Below, piece by piece: positions 54,068 to 64,000 of a stretch of DNA of 64,000 bases (its first letter is position 1; the number at the start of each line of letters is the position of its first letter). A program made the position numbers and the translations under genes. Source of the DNA: a candidate division FCPU426 bacterium (GTDB taxonomy: Bacteria; Oederibacteriota; Muellerivitia; Muellerivitales; Muellerivitaceae); assembly GCA_963830915.1 (NCBI GenBank), contig CAWHOE010000019.1:32001-96000 (forward strand). The letters are read 5' to 3'. Below the pieces are notes generated by a model. That model did no database searches. It saw nothing but the letters and a program-made list of their open reading frames with translations, and was not told the DNA's origin.

Positions 54068-56068
54068 ATGACTATGAAATGGACCTTGGACCAAGAAGGC
54101 GGGTGGGGGCTTAACTTCGGCGGCAAAAAAGCGGCTTGGGCCGGGGAGCCCCTGGAGATGGAAATGGGGGGCAAGGTCTACCGAGCGCCCTGGCAAGGTC
54201 TATGGGACGGTCAGTGGCATGGTTTTCTAGCGGATGATATGAGCCCTTTTTTGCGATGCGATGTTTCTTTCAAGACCAGGTACTTTAAGGGGTTCAAGGT
54301 TCTCGAGGAAAAGAGGACCTACAAAGCCCTGCGAAATCTCCGCAAAACCTTGTTAACGGTTCGGGTTTTCATGGAGCCGGTGAGAAGGATCCAGGACGGG
54401 TTCCTGGTCATTCCGGCCCTTTGGTATGGGGATAACGAAGCTTGGAACAACAAGATCATCTATCCCAAAGGATTGGATAAGGATTGGAGTTTCAAGGCGG
54501 ATGGGTCCTCATGCCCGGCGGTTGTCTGGACCACACCCCGGTCTTCCTACGCCTTAGCGGTGGACCATTCGGTTTACTTCCCGGTCAGGCGTCCCGGGAT
54601 GGACGACATCCTGGGTATCGGGTTCGCGGACATGAAGGCCAATCCCCAGGCGGTCCTGACTTTCCCCGCCCAGGAGATACCCAAGAGCTATCCCTGGGGA
54701 AGGAAGTTGAAAGACCCTCTCGAACCCAGGATGGATTGGAAGAAGGGACAGGCCCTCACCATTACCCTTTACCACAGTGTGGATAAGGCTGACCTGGCCT
54801 ATCACACCAAAGTTTGGCGGGCCCACGGCATCCGGGTTTCCAAACCCTTTCGTTATAAGACCTCCCAGGAACATCTCAAGAAAACAGCGGGGCTTTTCGC
54901 CCATTGCCTCAAGGAAAGCCATTATCGGGAAGGCCAGGGTTTTTCCCACCGCAACGACATCAGTGAGATCCATACGGGTTGGTGCGGGGGTTTGGCGGCG
55001 GCCTACTCCGCCCTGAAGTGGGGCGACCTGTCGGGTGACATGACCTTGCGCCGGATGGGCGAGACCATGTGCGACTTCATCAGCGCCGAGGGAGTTTCCC
55101 CCTCGGGCATTTTCTATTCCGAATACACCAAGGGTCTGTGGCTTCAAAAGGTTTTTTGGGGCAAGGCCCAGGGCATCCATATGCGCAACCCGTCGGAGGG
55201 GGCCTGCTACCTGGCCTTGATCCTCCAACATGAGGAAGAGCGGGGACATTTCCATTTCCGTTGGGATGAGGCCTTGCGGAAGAATCTGGACGCCATCCTC
55301 AAGATGCAAAGGAAGGACGGCGCCATTCCCCACGAGATAAACGGCAAGACGGGCAAGGCCCTTTCTTGGGTCGGCGCCACCTCAGGGGCATGGGCGGGGG
55401 CCCTGGCCATCTACTCGCGCGTTTGTACGGATAAAGCCAAAGGCAAGAAATATCTGGCCGCGGCGAAAAGGGCGGGGGATCATTACCTGAAGAATTACGT
55501 GGAACGGGAAAGATATATCGGCGGTCCTTACGACACCTACATGGTCCCCAATATGGAGGACCCTTACAACTTGCTCCTGGCATACAGCGAGCTTTATGAG
55601 ACCACGGGTGAGAAAAAGTGGCTGACGGCGGCGAAAAAGACCGCCGACCATCTGCTTTCGTGGCGCTATCTGTATGACGTCCGTTTTCCCGATGGGACGG
55701 TCTGCCGTCAGCAAAAGGTGAAGACTTTCCATATGTCCCCGGCGTCTGTGTCGAACAAGCATATCCAGAACTGGGATACCCTGGCCGATACCTATCTGGA
55801 GCGGTTGAGCCGATGGACCAGGGATCCTTTCTATGCCGACTGCGCCTTGCAACATCTGGAGGCGTCCACCCAACTGGTGCAAAAGGGGCAATTGCCCAAG
55901 AAAGTGCCTTATGGTGGACAGTCCGAGCAATGGTATGCCACGGACTTCAATTGGTTCGGCGACAGCGGGAACTATTCAAAGGGGAACATGTGGAAGGTTT
56001 CGGTGGCGTTGCCCAAGGCGGGTTTTTTGATCTCGTTGACGGACCTGCTAACGAAAAAGGCGAATTAA
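54068..56068 (+). CDS. Uncharacterised protein, probable (alpha/alpha)6-barrel glycosidase/epimerase-like
   Basis: Beta-rich N-half; C-half with helical hairpin motifs (MQRKDGAIP, YLAAAKRAG, ELYETTGEKKWLTAA). Confidence 0.6.
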   Translation: MTMKWTLDQEGGWGLNFGGKKAAWAGEPLEMEMGGKVYRAPWQGLWDGQWHGFLADDMSPFLRCDVSFKTRYFKGFKVLEEKRTYKALRNLRKTLLTVRVFMEPVRRIQDGFLVIPALWYGDNEAWNNKIIYPKGLDKDWSFKADGSSCPAVVWTTPRSSYALAVDHSVYFPVRRPGMDDILGIGFADMKANPQAVLTFPAQEIPKSYPWGRKLKDPLEPRMDWKKGQALTITLYHSVDKADLAYHTKVWRAHGIRVSKPFRYKTSQEHLKKTAGLFAHCLKESHYREGQGFSHRNDISEIHTGWCGGLAAAYSALKWGDLSGDMTLRRMGETMCDFISAEGVSPSGIFYSEYTKGLWLQKVFWGKAQGIHMRNPSEGACYLALILQHEEERGHFHFRWDEALRKNLDAILKMQRKDGAIPHEINGKTGKALSWVGATSGAWAGALAIYSRVCTDKAKGKKYLAAAKRAGDHYLKNYVERERYIGGPYDTYMVPNMEDPYNLLLAYSELYETTGEKKWLTAAKKTADHLLSWRYLYDVRFPDGTVCRQQKVKTFHMSPASVSNKHIQNWDTLADTYLERLSRWTRDPFYADCALQHLEASTQLVQKGQLPKKVPYGGQSEQWYATDFNWFGDSGNYSKGNMWKVSVALPKAGFLISLTDLLTKKAN

Positions 56069-56346
56069 CCACAGATTCATGGGATGCACATGGATGAAAA
56101 TACGGAAATGGATTTAGAAATTTTTTAATTTACTCAACTTTGGTAAATTTTGAAGTCGTTTTATTTTCCCCCTCTGAAAGAGGGGGACGAAGGGGGAGTT
56201 AGTCTTTTCAAACCGCATCGGCAACGCCTAATACCCCCCTTCCCCCCTTTTTCAAAGGGGGGATAGTGTTGGCAGCGTACCTTTTAGAATTTGCCAAAGT
56301 TGAGTAATTTAAACCCATCGGCGTTTATCGGTGTTCATCGGTGGTT
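56067..56346. repeat. Three nested inverted-repeat elements
   Basis: Outer AACCACAGAT..ATCGGTGGTT; middle 56131-56306 with TACTCAACTTTGGYAAATT ends; inner 56166-56263 C/G-run double hairpin. Confidence 0.8.
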
Positions 56347-56367
56347 CCAAAGAAGTAGGAGGATTCA

Positions 56368-57894
56368 ATGAGTTACGTCATCGGCTGTGACATAGGCACA
56401 TCGGGGACCAAGGCTATCCTGGTCTCGGAGACGGGCAAGGTCATCTCGAAAGTCACTGTGGAATATCCCCTCCTCACCCCCCATCCCGGTTGGGCGGAGC
56501 AAGACCCGGAATCCTGGGTAAAGGCGGCCTTTCAGGCCATTTCGGGGGTTGTCACCATAACAAAAGTTAAACCTGAGGACATAAAAGCCCTGGGATTCTC
56601 CGGCCAGATGCATTCCTCCGTTTTCCTGGATAAGGCTGGAAAAGTGCTTCGTCCGGCGCTTCTTTGGTGCGATACCCGCACCCATGAGCAATGCGTTGAG
56701 ATCACCCGAATAGTCGGGGAGAAAAACCTGAAGAGCTGGGTTTCCAATCCTGCCCTGGAAGGATTCACCCTTCCCAAGATCCTCTGGGTCAAAAAAAATG
56801 AATCGAAGACCTACGCCAAAATCGCTCAGGTCTTGATGCCCAAGGATTTCGTCAGGTACCGCCTGACCGGGGAACTGGCCACCGAGGTTTCGGACGCGGC
56901 AGGAACCCTATACTTCGACGTCAAGAACCGCCGATGGTCCAAGGAGATCCTTGCGAAGTTGGGAATACCCATAACTTGGTTCCCCAAAGTGGTGGAATCG
57001 CAGGAAGTTTGCGGACATCTGACAACCCAAGCCGCCAAGGCACTGGGACTGAAAGCCGGTACGCCGGTGGTGGGGGGCGGGGCGGACAATACCTGCGGGG
57101 CGGTGGGGAACGGCATCATCAAGACCGGGGAGGTAATGGCCAGCCTCGGTACCTCGGGCGTCTTTTTCGCCCATTCGGACAAGGTCAAGGTGGATCCGGG
57201 GATGAGGGTCCATACCTTCTGTCACAGCGTACCGAACAAATGGTATCTCATGGGGGTCATGCTCTCGGCGGGGATGTCCCTGAGATGGTATCGGGACACG
57301 TTGGGGCTCACGGAAAAAGAAACAGGGAAGCGAAATGGCATCGACCCCTATAACATCCTGAGCGCCGAGGCGAAGACGGTGGGCGAAGGAAGTGAAGGGT
57401 TACTGTTTCTCCCTTATCTCATGGGCGAAAGGACCCCGCATAAGGACCCGGACGCCCGAGGAGCTTTCGTGGGCGTCAGCGCCAGGCACGGGCGTGCCCA
57501 TTTCGCCCGGGCGGTTTTTGAGGGTATCACCTTTGGAATGAGAGATTCCCTCTCCATCTTCCGGGAGTTGAAGGTGCCTATTCGGCGGGTGGTGGCGACA
57601 GGCGGCGGGGCGGTCAATCCCTTCTGGCGGCAATTGCAGGCGGATATCTACGGTGAGGAAGTGGTGACGGTCAACAGTCAGGAAGGGCCAGCTTACGGGG
57701 CGGCCATTTTGGCTATGGTAGGTATTGGGGTGTTTCCCTCGGTTGGGGCCGCTTGTTCAAAGTTGATCAAGGTCGCCAGCCGGACTTATCCCCGGAAAAC
57801 CTCGGTTTCCAGATATAACGAATGGTATGGGGAGTTCCGGAAGCTCTACCCGGTTTTGAGGGGTTCCTTCAAGTCGATCCAAACTACTATATAG
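56368..57894 (+). CDS. xylB: Xylulokinase
   Basis: DIGTSGTK, SGQMH, LWCDTR, GGADN, PYLMGERTP, GGGA. Confidence 0.95.
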   Translation: MSYVIGCDIGTSGTKAILVSETGKVISKVTVEYPLLTPHPGWAEQDPESWVKAAFQAISGVVTITKVKPEDIKALGFSGQMHSSVFLDKAGKVLRPALLWCDTRTHEQCVEITRIVGEKNLKSWVSNPALEGFTLPKILWVKKNESKTYAKIAQVLMPKDFVRYRLTGELATEVSDAAGTLYFDVKNRRWSKEILAKLGIPITWFPKVVESQEVCGHLTTQAAKALGLKAGTPVVGGGADNTCGAVGNGIIKTGEVMASLGTSGVFFAHSDKVKVDPGMRVHTFCHSVPNKWYLMGVMLSAGMSLRWYRDTLGLTEKETGKRNGIDPYNILSAEAKTVGEGSEGLLFLPYLMGERTPHKDPDARGAFVGVSARHGRAHFARAVFEGITFGMRDSLSIFRELKVPIRRVVATGGGAVNPFWRQLQADIYGEEVVTVNSQEGPAYGAAILAMVGIGVFPSVGAACSKLIKVASRTYPRKTSVSRYNEWYGEFRKLYPVLRGSFKSIQTTI

Positions 57895-57940
57895 AGGCTG
57901 GGTAAACTGGGGCCTGAGGGTTAAACCTAGAAGGAGCTGT

Positions 57941-58249
57941 ATGAAAAGGCTGGATCAGTCCGGGCAGGCTTTGATCATCTGGGCTATTTTATTGGTTTTG
58001 GTGGCTGGGGTTGCCTATTGGGCCTATCAAGTCGGGTCTTCCGATAAATCCGTCGCCAGCGCGCCAGTCACGGTATGGATGGTTCCCAGTCCCAACCCGC
58101 CCAAGCCTACCCCAACCCCCAAGCAAGTCTGGTCCAAGGCCTGGCCTCAAGGTACCCAAACGCCCCATCCCAAACCGGGCACCAAGCCCAAGCCTAAGCC
58201 GCGACCCAAACCCACGCCGACTCCCATATTCCGTTCTTTCAACCATTAA
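57941..58249 (+). CDS. Small membrane-anchored Pro/Lys-rich protein with TadE-like N-terminus
   Basis: AAGGAG RBS; DQSGQALI + hydrophobic helix; PKPTPTP tail. Confidence 0.6.
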   Translation: MKRLDQSGQALIIWAILLVLVAGVAYWAYQVGSSDKSVASAPVTVWMVPSPNPPKPTPTPKQVWSKAWPQGTQTPHPKPGTKPKPKPRPKPTPTPIFRSFNH

Positions 58250-58495
58250 GAGATTCCGTCCCGCTTGGGAGAGGTCCGGAGGCCTAGCCAGCCAAGTCGT
58301 CCTTTCTAAAAGTAACCACTTAGTTACCTTTTACAACCCGAATTCCCTTTATTCTGGCGCATGCTTTAGGGTATCTTTTTATCGTTCTCTAGACGATCTC
58401 ACGGGATTTTGTAAACACCTCATTCCACATCCGCCGGCCGACTCGAAGATCCCAAGGGGACATATCAAAAACCGTTTCAATTCAGCCAGGGAGGT

Positions 58496-59784
58496 ATGAA
58501 GATGCCCGATAAAGCGAAACTCATCATCGAGGGGAAGACATACGAATATCCCGTGATCGTCGGGACCGAAGGGGAGAAGGCCATCGACATCTCCAGTCTT
58601 CGGGCTGACTCCGGCTACATCACCATGGACAACAGTTTCGGCAATACCGGTTCCTGCGAGAGCAGTATCACCTTCATCGACGGGGACAAGGGTATCCTTC
58701 GCTACCGGGGCATTCCCATCGAGGAACTGGCCGCCAAGTCCTTCTTCACCGAGACGGCCTACCTGGTCATGTACGGAAGCCTACCCACCAAGGACCAACT
58801 CCACTCGTTCTCCGAGCGGTTGAACAAATCCTCACTCATCCACGAGGATATGCTGCACTTCTTCACGGGCTATCCCAAGGGCGCCCATCCCATGGCCATC
58901 CTGACCAGCGTGGTGGCGTCCCTCTCGGCTTTCTACCCGGTCAAGGACAACCTGGACCCGGCGGCGGAAGAGGTCATCATCGCAAACCTGATGTCCCAGA
59001 TACGCACCATCGCGGCCTTCTCCTATAAGAAGTCCATCGGCGAGCCGATCGTTTACCCGTCCAACAAGCTGAAGTTCGTCGAGAACTTCCTGACCATGAT
59101 GTTCGCCTCGCCGGTGAGGGATTACAACCTCGATCCGGACATGGTGAAGGCCCTGGACCTGTTCTTCCTGTTGAGCGCCGACCACGAGCAGAATTGCAGT
59201 ACCTCGACGGTGCGCATGGCGGGTTCCAGCCTGGCCAATATCTACGCGGTCATCGGGGCGGGCGTCAGCGCCCTGTGGGGACGACTGCACGGCGGGGCCA
59301 ACCAGGAAGTCATCGAGATGCTGGAACATGCTCCGGGACACCAAGACCACGCCGGAGAAATTCATGGAGGACATGAAGAACAACAAGGGCAAGTTCATGG
59401 GCTTCGGGCACCGTGTCTACAAGAACTTCGACCCCGAGGCCGCCAAGTCATCAAGAGACTCTGCCACAAGCTCTTGAAAAAGCCGGGCATGACCGACCCG
59501 ACCTTCGACATCGCCCTTGAAGCTGGAGGACTATCGCCATGCAGGACGATTATTTCCTCAGCCGCAAACTCTATCCCAATGTGGATTTCTATTCGGGACT
59601 GATCCTGCGGGCGGCGGGTTTTCCCGTGAACATGTTCACGGTCCTTTTCGCCATCGGGCGGGTGCCGGGATGGCTGGCCCATTGGAGCGAGATGCGGCAT
59701 GACAAGGAGACCCGTATCGCCCGACCCCGGCAGGTCTACCAGGGCCCGGTGAACAAGACCTACGTCCCCATCCAGGACAGGTAA
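58496..59784 (+). CDS. gltA: Citrate synthase, several frameshifts in ~59320-59540
   Basis: [37 protein letters not shown] and YPNVDFYSG lie in other frames. Confidence 0.92.
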
Positions 59785-59791
59785 CAGAAGG

Positions 59792-59828
59792 AAAAAGGCC
59801 TTCCCGAAAGGGAAGGCCTTTTTTTTTG
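59792..59828 (+). terminator. Intrinsic (bidirectional-type) terminator
   Basis: AAAAAGGCCTTCCC-GAAA-GGGAAGGCC followed by a long T-run. Confidence 0.92.
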
Positions 59829-59943
59829 TAACATCCATCCTTTAACCCGGGCTTTCGGGTCCTTCCTTTACGAAATCCATCCGCAAAAAACCAAACAGGA
59901 AAAGTGCATATTTATACATAAAGTGCATCTTACTGATGGTGGT

Positions 59944-60092
59944 TCCCCCTTTGAAAAAGGGGGCAGGGGGTATTAGTCTTTATTCGGAGCAGTTTTGCAA
60001 GACTAACTTCCCCTTGTTCCCCCTCTTTCATGCTGTTCCTCATATGAAATTAAAATAATGAGAACAGTATAGTGCTTTAGCACAGAGGGGGA
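59944..60092. repeat. C/G-run double-hairpin (REP-like) element, inverted copy of 56166-56263
   Basis: CCCCCTTTGAAAAAGGGGG..GGGGGTATTAG...GACTAAC..CCCCCTCTTTCA[insert]GAGGGGG. Confidence 0.8.
60031..60082 (+). mobile_element. Twin-hairpin micro-insertion C (52 bp)
   Basis: CA|39-nt hairpin-TAG-TGCTTTAGCA|CA; removal restores the CCCCCTCTTTCAGAGGGGG seen (reverse strand) in the 56166 element. Confidence 0.7.
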
Positions 60093-60231
60093 GATGTTGC
60101 GACCAGTGAATTGGAAAAATTCTAACTTAAGGTGCGCTTTGCGGCTAAGCATAAAAAAGCGTGCGTTCTTGGCTTGATATTGTTTGATTTGTAAGGTTAT
60201 GGGGCTTTTTTACGACGTATGAATAGGGAGG

Positions 60232-61383
60232 TTAGAACCGAACTCCGAGGTCCACGCCGCCGCCCAGGGCGATGGAATTCTCGATGTCTGGCACGCTCCT
60301 GGTGAGGAACGAAAGATCCAGGTTGAAAGCGGGTTTATCGATCCCGGCTCCAACGCACCACATCTGAGAATTGGAGTAGTGGTCGAAAAAGGTTCCCAGG
60401 CGGATGGCCAGGAAACTTTCCGGATAATACCTTTCCAAACCGAAATTCCAATTGGTCTGGTGGTTCACCCACTCGGCCTGTCCCAAGAGGACGATGTTCT
60501 TGTCGGGCGGGGCGGCGGTCAGGCCCACTTTGACCGCGTAAGGCATATTGGCGTTGACCGTCACGTTCTGGGTGCTTGTCACTTTCTCTTGTCCAGTGTT
60601 TGGGTCCAAACTCAATGTCTGCTGTTGAGCGGTCCAATTGAAATTGGACTGGATGTTCTGGAACAGCATGGCCAACTGAAGGGCGTCCGTGAATTTGGCG
60701 AAGAACCCCGCGTCCATGCTCAATCCCAACCCGTCGGTGGAGGTGGTCCGGGTGTATTGGTAAGAATTATTGGAGGAACCCTGTTGGAACCCTCCGATCA
60801 GCTGGTCCTTCTCATACCAGACCCCGTCATGATATTTCAAGGATCCCCCGACGGAGAAGAAGGGGAGGGAGCCCAGGGGCAGGTCCACCGAATAGCCGAC
60901 CAGTAAGGTGGCGATCTGTTGTTTGATCCGGTCGTAATCCAAATTGTAATTATTGGCGGAAAGAACACCGCTGTTGCGGTCGTTGAAGAAACGGATGGCG
61001 TCCAAGGTGGATTGGGTGGTCAATTGCTGGTCCCAAAGGACCCCGCCCGCCATGTTGTTGTATTTCACCGCGGTGAGGCTTAGATACTCCTGGAAACGCT
61101 GGAAGGGATCCTGGTTGGACGCGGCGACCGCGCTGTCGTTGAGTTTCAGGATAGGGGACCCGGCGTTACTGGTGTCGTACGCCGAAAACCCCGTGGTCAG
61201 GGTCCAGGCCGTTGTTCCAGGATTGGGGAGGGCCAGGAGGGCGGGGTTCCAGTACAGTCCATCCGCTTCCATAGGGGCCCCGGTGGCCGCGTTCCCAATG
61301 GCCAGGGCGTGTCCATCCTGGGCCAGGACAGCGGAAGGCCCCAGCAAGGCCAAGCAAAGGATCAAAAATCCATAACGTTTCAT
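60232..61383 (-). CDS. Outer-membrane beta-barrel (PorV/FadL/TraF-like)
   Basis: Signal peptide; ALAIGNAATG...LYWNPALL; terminal LGVRF. Confidence 0.7.
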   Translation of the reverse strand: MKRYGFLILCLALLGPSAVLAQDGHALAIGNAATGAPMEADGLYWNPALLALPNPGTTAWTLTTGFSAYDTSNAGSPILKLNDSAVAASNQDPFQRFQEYLSLTAVKYNNMAGGVLWDQQLTTQSTLDAIRFFNDRNSGVLSANNYNLDYDRIKQQIATLLVGYSVDLPLGSLPFFSVGGSLKYHDGVWYEKDQLIGGFQQGSSNNSYQYTRTTSTDGLGLSMDAGFFAKFTDALQLAMLFQNIQSNFNWTAQQQTLSLDPNTGQEKVTSTQNVTVNANMPYAVKVGLTAAPPDKNIVLLGQAEWVNHQTNWNFGLERYYPESFLAIRLGTFFDHYSNSQMWCVGAGIDKPAFNLDLSFLTRSVPDIENSIALGGGVDLGVRF

Positions 61384-61485
61384 AAGCTTAGTTTAACCGT
61401 GGAATTGTCCCAAAATCAAAACAAAAGGGACGGGTCATGGGTTTCCCGCTTGGGGACTTCCCATTCGCTTGTTACAATCTGGCCC

Positions 61486-62367
61486 ATGAGAAAACTCAGG
61501 GTCAAGGGCCCGCTTCCTAAAAGCAAAAAGAAGCCATCGAATGTCCAGTTACTTTGGGGGATCCTGGCTGTCGTTGTCTGGTGTTTTGCTCAATATTGGC
61601 ACAGCCGACAGGGGATCCCCTTCTCTGTCCTGGTCTGGGCCAAGGGTTTGATACTGATCTTCGGCGCGACGATCATTTATCACCTGGGGTCGGCCCGCCA
61701 GTTCTCCTGGCTGGGTCTGTTTCCTCTGGGCTGGCTGGCGCTTTGCGGGGCCCAATGGGGAATTTGTTCCGATCCTCAAAACACTGGTTGGTATTGGATG
61801 ACCTTGTTCCTGGCGGCGACCATCCTGGTCTTCAGTGTCTCGGATGGAAAGAAATTGCTCCTCGGTCTCGCGCCCCTGTGGACGGCTTTGGCGCTCCTTT
61901 GGAAGCCTTCCGCCTTATTGGGACTATCCTTTGTCACCGCCCATAAGGGACGGTTCAAGAACGACCGATGGATCCGATGGGGCGGTATTGTCATAGCGTT
62001 GTTACTGGCGGCCTGGGTCCAAGGTTGGAAAGGGCTCCTGACCAACGGTTTGGGACTCTACGATATCCTGGCGACCCAGAGGTATATGGGATTTTTCGTG
62101 CTGGCCTGGCTGGGTTTGGTGGCTTTTCCCCGTAAGGGGACCTTCCGCCATGGGGCCTGGCCGTTTCTATTACTGACCGCGGGTTATTTCCTTTGGACCG
62201 ATCCTTCCCATCCCCGGCCCATGGAGGATGAGATGTATCGATGGGTGCTGATATTCCTGGCGGGTTTCGGGTTCGAGTCTTTCAAGCGGGATGTGATGGA
62301 CAGAAGCTGGCACGCGGTCCTGGTATGGGTGGCGATGGGGATCGCTTTGTGTGTCGGCATCCTTTGA
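61486..62367 (+). CDS. Hypothetical polytopic membrane protein
   Basis: Many hydrophobic, Trp-rich helices. Confidence 0.65.
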   Translation: MRKLRVKGPLPKSKKKPSNVQLLWGILAVVVWCFAQYWHSRQGIPFSVLVWAKGLILIFGATIIYHLGSARQFSWLGLFPLGWLALCGAQWGICSDPQNTGWYWMTLFLAATILVFSVSDGKKLLLGLAPLWTALALLWKPSALLGLSFVTAHKGRFKNDRWIRWGGIVIALLLAAWVQGWKGLLTNGLGLYDILATQRYMGFFVLAWLGLVAFPRKGTFRHGAWPFLLLTAGYFLWTDPSHPRPMEDEMYRWVLIFLAGFGFESFKRDVMDRSWHAVLVWVAMGIALCVGIL

Positions 62368-62429
62368 GTCCCCCGTCGTTTTATGGTAAACTCCGTGCTT
62401 TAGCGGGTATTTTGAAGGAGGAAGATTCC

Positions 62430-63548
62430 ATGAAATTCAAGGTCATGCTATCCATGCTGTTGGCGATCCCGGTTTTGGCCATCGCCCAACCCAGTCCCAT
62501 TACGCCCGGGCATACTCTCGCGGCTGGTCAACCGCCAGCCGCGGTCTCTGTCCCCGCCCCAACGGCGACCCCCAATTCGGCCCAGGCGCCGGTGGTCACT
62601 TGCGGCAAACCCACTTTCGATTTCGGGGACCAGGAAGAGGGACCGGACATTACCCATGAGTTCGTCATCCGTAACCGTGGAAAAGGTCCTCTCCGCATCA
62701 GCGGTGTTTCCACATCCTGCGGTTGTACCGCCGCGGTGGTGAAGAAGCAGGGAACGAAGGACGAGGCGGCTACCATGCCGGTGGAGATCCCGCCAATGGG
62801 TAAGGGCACCGTCAAGGTCACCTACCATACTAGCGGCCGCCCGGGACACGCCGAGAAGGTCATCACCATCTCCAGCAACGATCCCAAGACGCCCCAGTAC
62901 CAATTGAAGATCACCATGACGGTCGTTCGAGAGGTCGATACCTTGCCGGATCGCGTCTATTTCTACGGCATCAAGAAGGGTGAGCCGCACGATTCATCCG
63001 TGAAGGTGCTGGGCAAGGCGGGGAACGATTTGACGGTCCTTTCCGCCGAGTCGACCAACAAGGTTGTGACGGTCGAGATGACCCCCTACGCCGAGGCCAC
63101 TCCAGGAACGGAACGCAATGGCGCTATGCTGAAAATAACGGTCCCGACCACCCTGCCCATCGGTAGTTTCACCGACGACATCCTGGTCAAGACCGACGAT
63201 CCCAAGAAACCCGAACTTCACATCCCCATCATGGGTGAGGTGGTGGGCAGGGTCCAATGGAACCCGAAGAGCCTTTATTTCTCCGCGGGTCAGGAACAGC
63301 CGGTGACCATCTCCCTGACGGTCAATCCCCCTAAGGGATTCGCCATCCGACGGGTGGAATCGGCCAAGCATCTGTGCAAACCCTACATTCACCGGATCCC
63401 CGGCCAGGATGGGAACGACCAATACCAATTGATCGTCTCGGTCATCAAGAATATCCCCAAGGCGAGCGACGGCAAGGACCAGGTCCTGGTCTATACGAAT
63501 GACACGGATCAGCCGCAGTTCACGGTGGATGTACAGGCCAGTCATTAG
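62430..63548 (+). CDS. DUF1573 (Ig-like) secreted protein
   Basis: FDFG, N.G..PL.I..V.TSCGCT, SNDP; AAGGAGG RBS. Confidence 0.85.
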   Translation: MKFKVMLSMLLAIPVLAIAQPSPITPGHTLAAGQPPAAVSVPAPTATPNSAQAPVVTCGKPTFDFGDQEEGPDITHEFVIRNRGKGPLRISGVSTSCGCTAAVVKKQGTKDEAATMPVEIPPMGKGTVKVTYHTSGRPGHAEKVITISSNDPKTPQYQLKITMTVVREVDTLPDRVYFYGIKKGEPHDSSVKVLGKAGNDLTVLSAESTNKVVTVEMTPYAEATPGTERNGAMLKITVPTTLPIGSFTDDILVKTDDPKKPELHIPIMGEVVGRVQWNPKSLYFSAGQEQPVTISLTVNPPKGFAIRRVESAKHLCKPYIHRIPGQDGNDQYQLIVSVIKNIPKASDGKDQVLVYTNDTDQPQFTVDVQASH

Positions 63549-63582
63549 GCGAAGCCGAGCTTCATAACAGAAGATGCTCTTT

Positions 63583-63613
63583 TAAAAACCCCGGTCTTTT
63601 GATCGGGGTTTTT
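63583..63613 (+). terminator. Intrinsic terminator
   Basis: AAAAACCCCGGTC-TTTT-GATCGGGGTTTTT. Confidence 0.85.
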
Positions 63614-63742
63614 CATTTTTGGCGACTTTTTCGGCTTGACGGTCCGAGGTTTTTTGTAGGGTCGCCCTTCCTTCTCAGCTAGAATAAGGCGTTCCCAAGC
63701 CCGGACGGATGTTCGGGCTTTTTATTTCCACAAGGGCGGACC

Positions 63743-64000
63743 ATGGCGGTTCAAGCGGTAAAATCCAAGGATTCCATCAAGCTTTACATGCGGTTACTGG
63801 CCTACGCCAAGGAATACCGCTGGCGGGTGGTCCTGACCTGGTTCTTGATGATCCTTTCGGCGTCAATGACCGCTTTTGTCATGCTTCAGCTCAAACCCAT
63901 CGTTAACGGTGCATTTGTAAAGTCTGAACATCCGGTAGAGACCTTCCACCAGCTGATTTATTTTAAAGTGCCTTTGACTCTAGGGGCTGCTCTTTTGATG
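63743..64000 (+). CDS. 3'-truncated ABC exporter, MsbA-like N-terminus
   Basis: Not in the ORF track; reads MAVQAVKSKDSIKLYMRLLAYAKEYRWRVVL...LKPIVNG and is open to the window end. Confidence 0.65.
   Translation, partial: MAVQAVKSKDSIKLYMRLLAYAKEYRWRVVLTWFLMILSASMTAFVMLQLKPIVNGAFVKSEHPVETFHQLIYFKVPLTLGAALLM

Noticed and set aside
59320..59540. gltA pseudogene or programmed frameshifting
   Set aside because: Clustered 1-nt indels with conserved motifs intact on both sides; most likely sequencing error. Needs read check.
63660..63725. tRNA or ncRNA before the MsbA-like gene
   Set aside because: Only one hairpin (AAGCCCGGAC..GTTCGGGCTT); no cloverleaf or T-loop consensus.

Overview
Bacterial (diderm-like) chromosomal window with five parts. 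(1) 1-10.3 kb: a tandem array of five paralogous secreted proteins, each an NHL beta-propeller plus an SGNH-like domain. (2) 10.3-31.3 kb: two convergent surface-glycan operons with sugar-nucleotide enzymes, four polyprenol-P-type GT2s, an ArnT/PMT-like GT-C, several SAM methyltransferases and unusual fusions. A TPR/beta-barrel gene and a (Thr-x)n lipoprotein gene lie where they meet. (3) 31.5-40 kb: GH3, a sugar ABC transporter, metK and ahcY. (4) 40-58 kb: a xylose region (xylF-xylG-[inserted membrane protein]-xylH, xylA, LacI regulator, SBP, unknown glycosidase-like gene, xylB). (5) 58-64 kb: gltA, an OM barrel, DUF1573 and the start of an MsbA-like gene. The most unusual signals are non-coding. 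Three 52-76 bp 'twin-hairpin' inserts each sit between CA dinucleotides inside other intergenic repeats. A 27-copy CCWGTAAAY array on a ~21-bp lattice is punctuated by 61-bp hairpin modules upstream of xylA. A 1.2-kb islet is bracketed by a synonymously diverged duplicate of a gene 3' end. Several 1-nt frameshifts look like read/assembly errors. No rRNA, tRNA, CRISPR, integrase or transposase was recognised. All family calls come from motif reading by eye; no database search was run.
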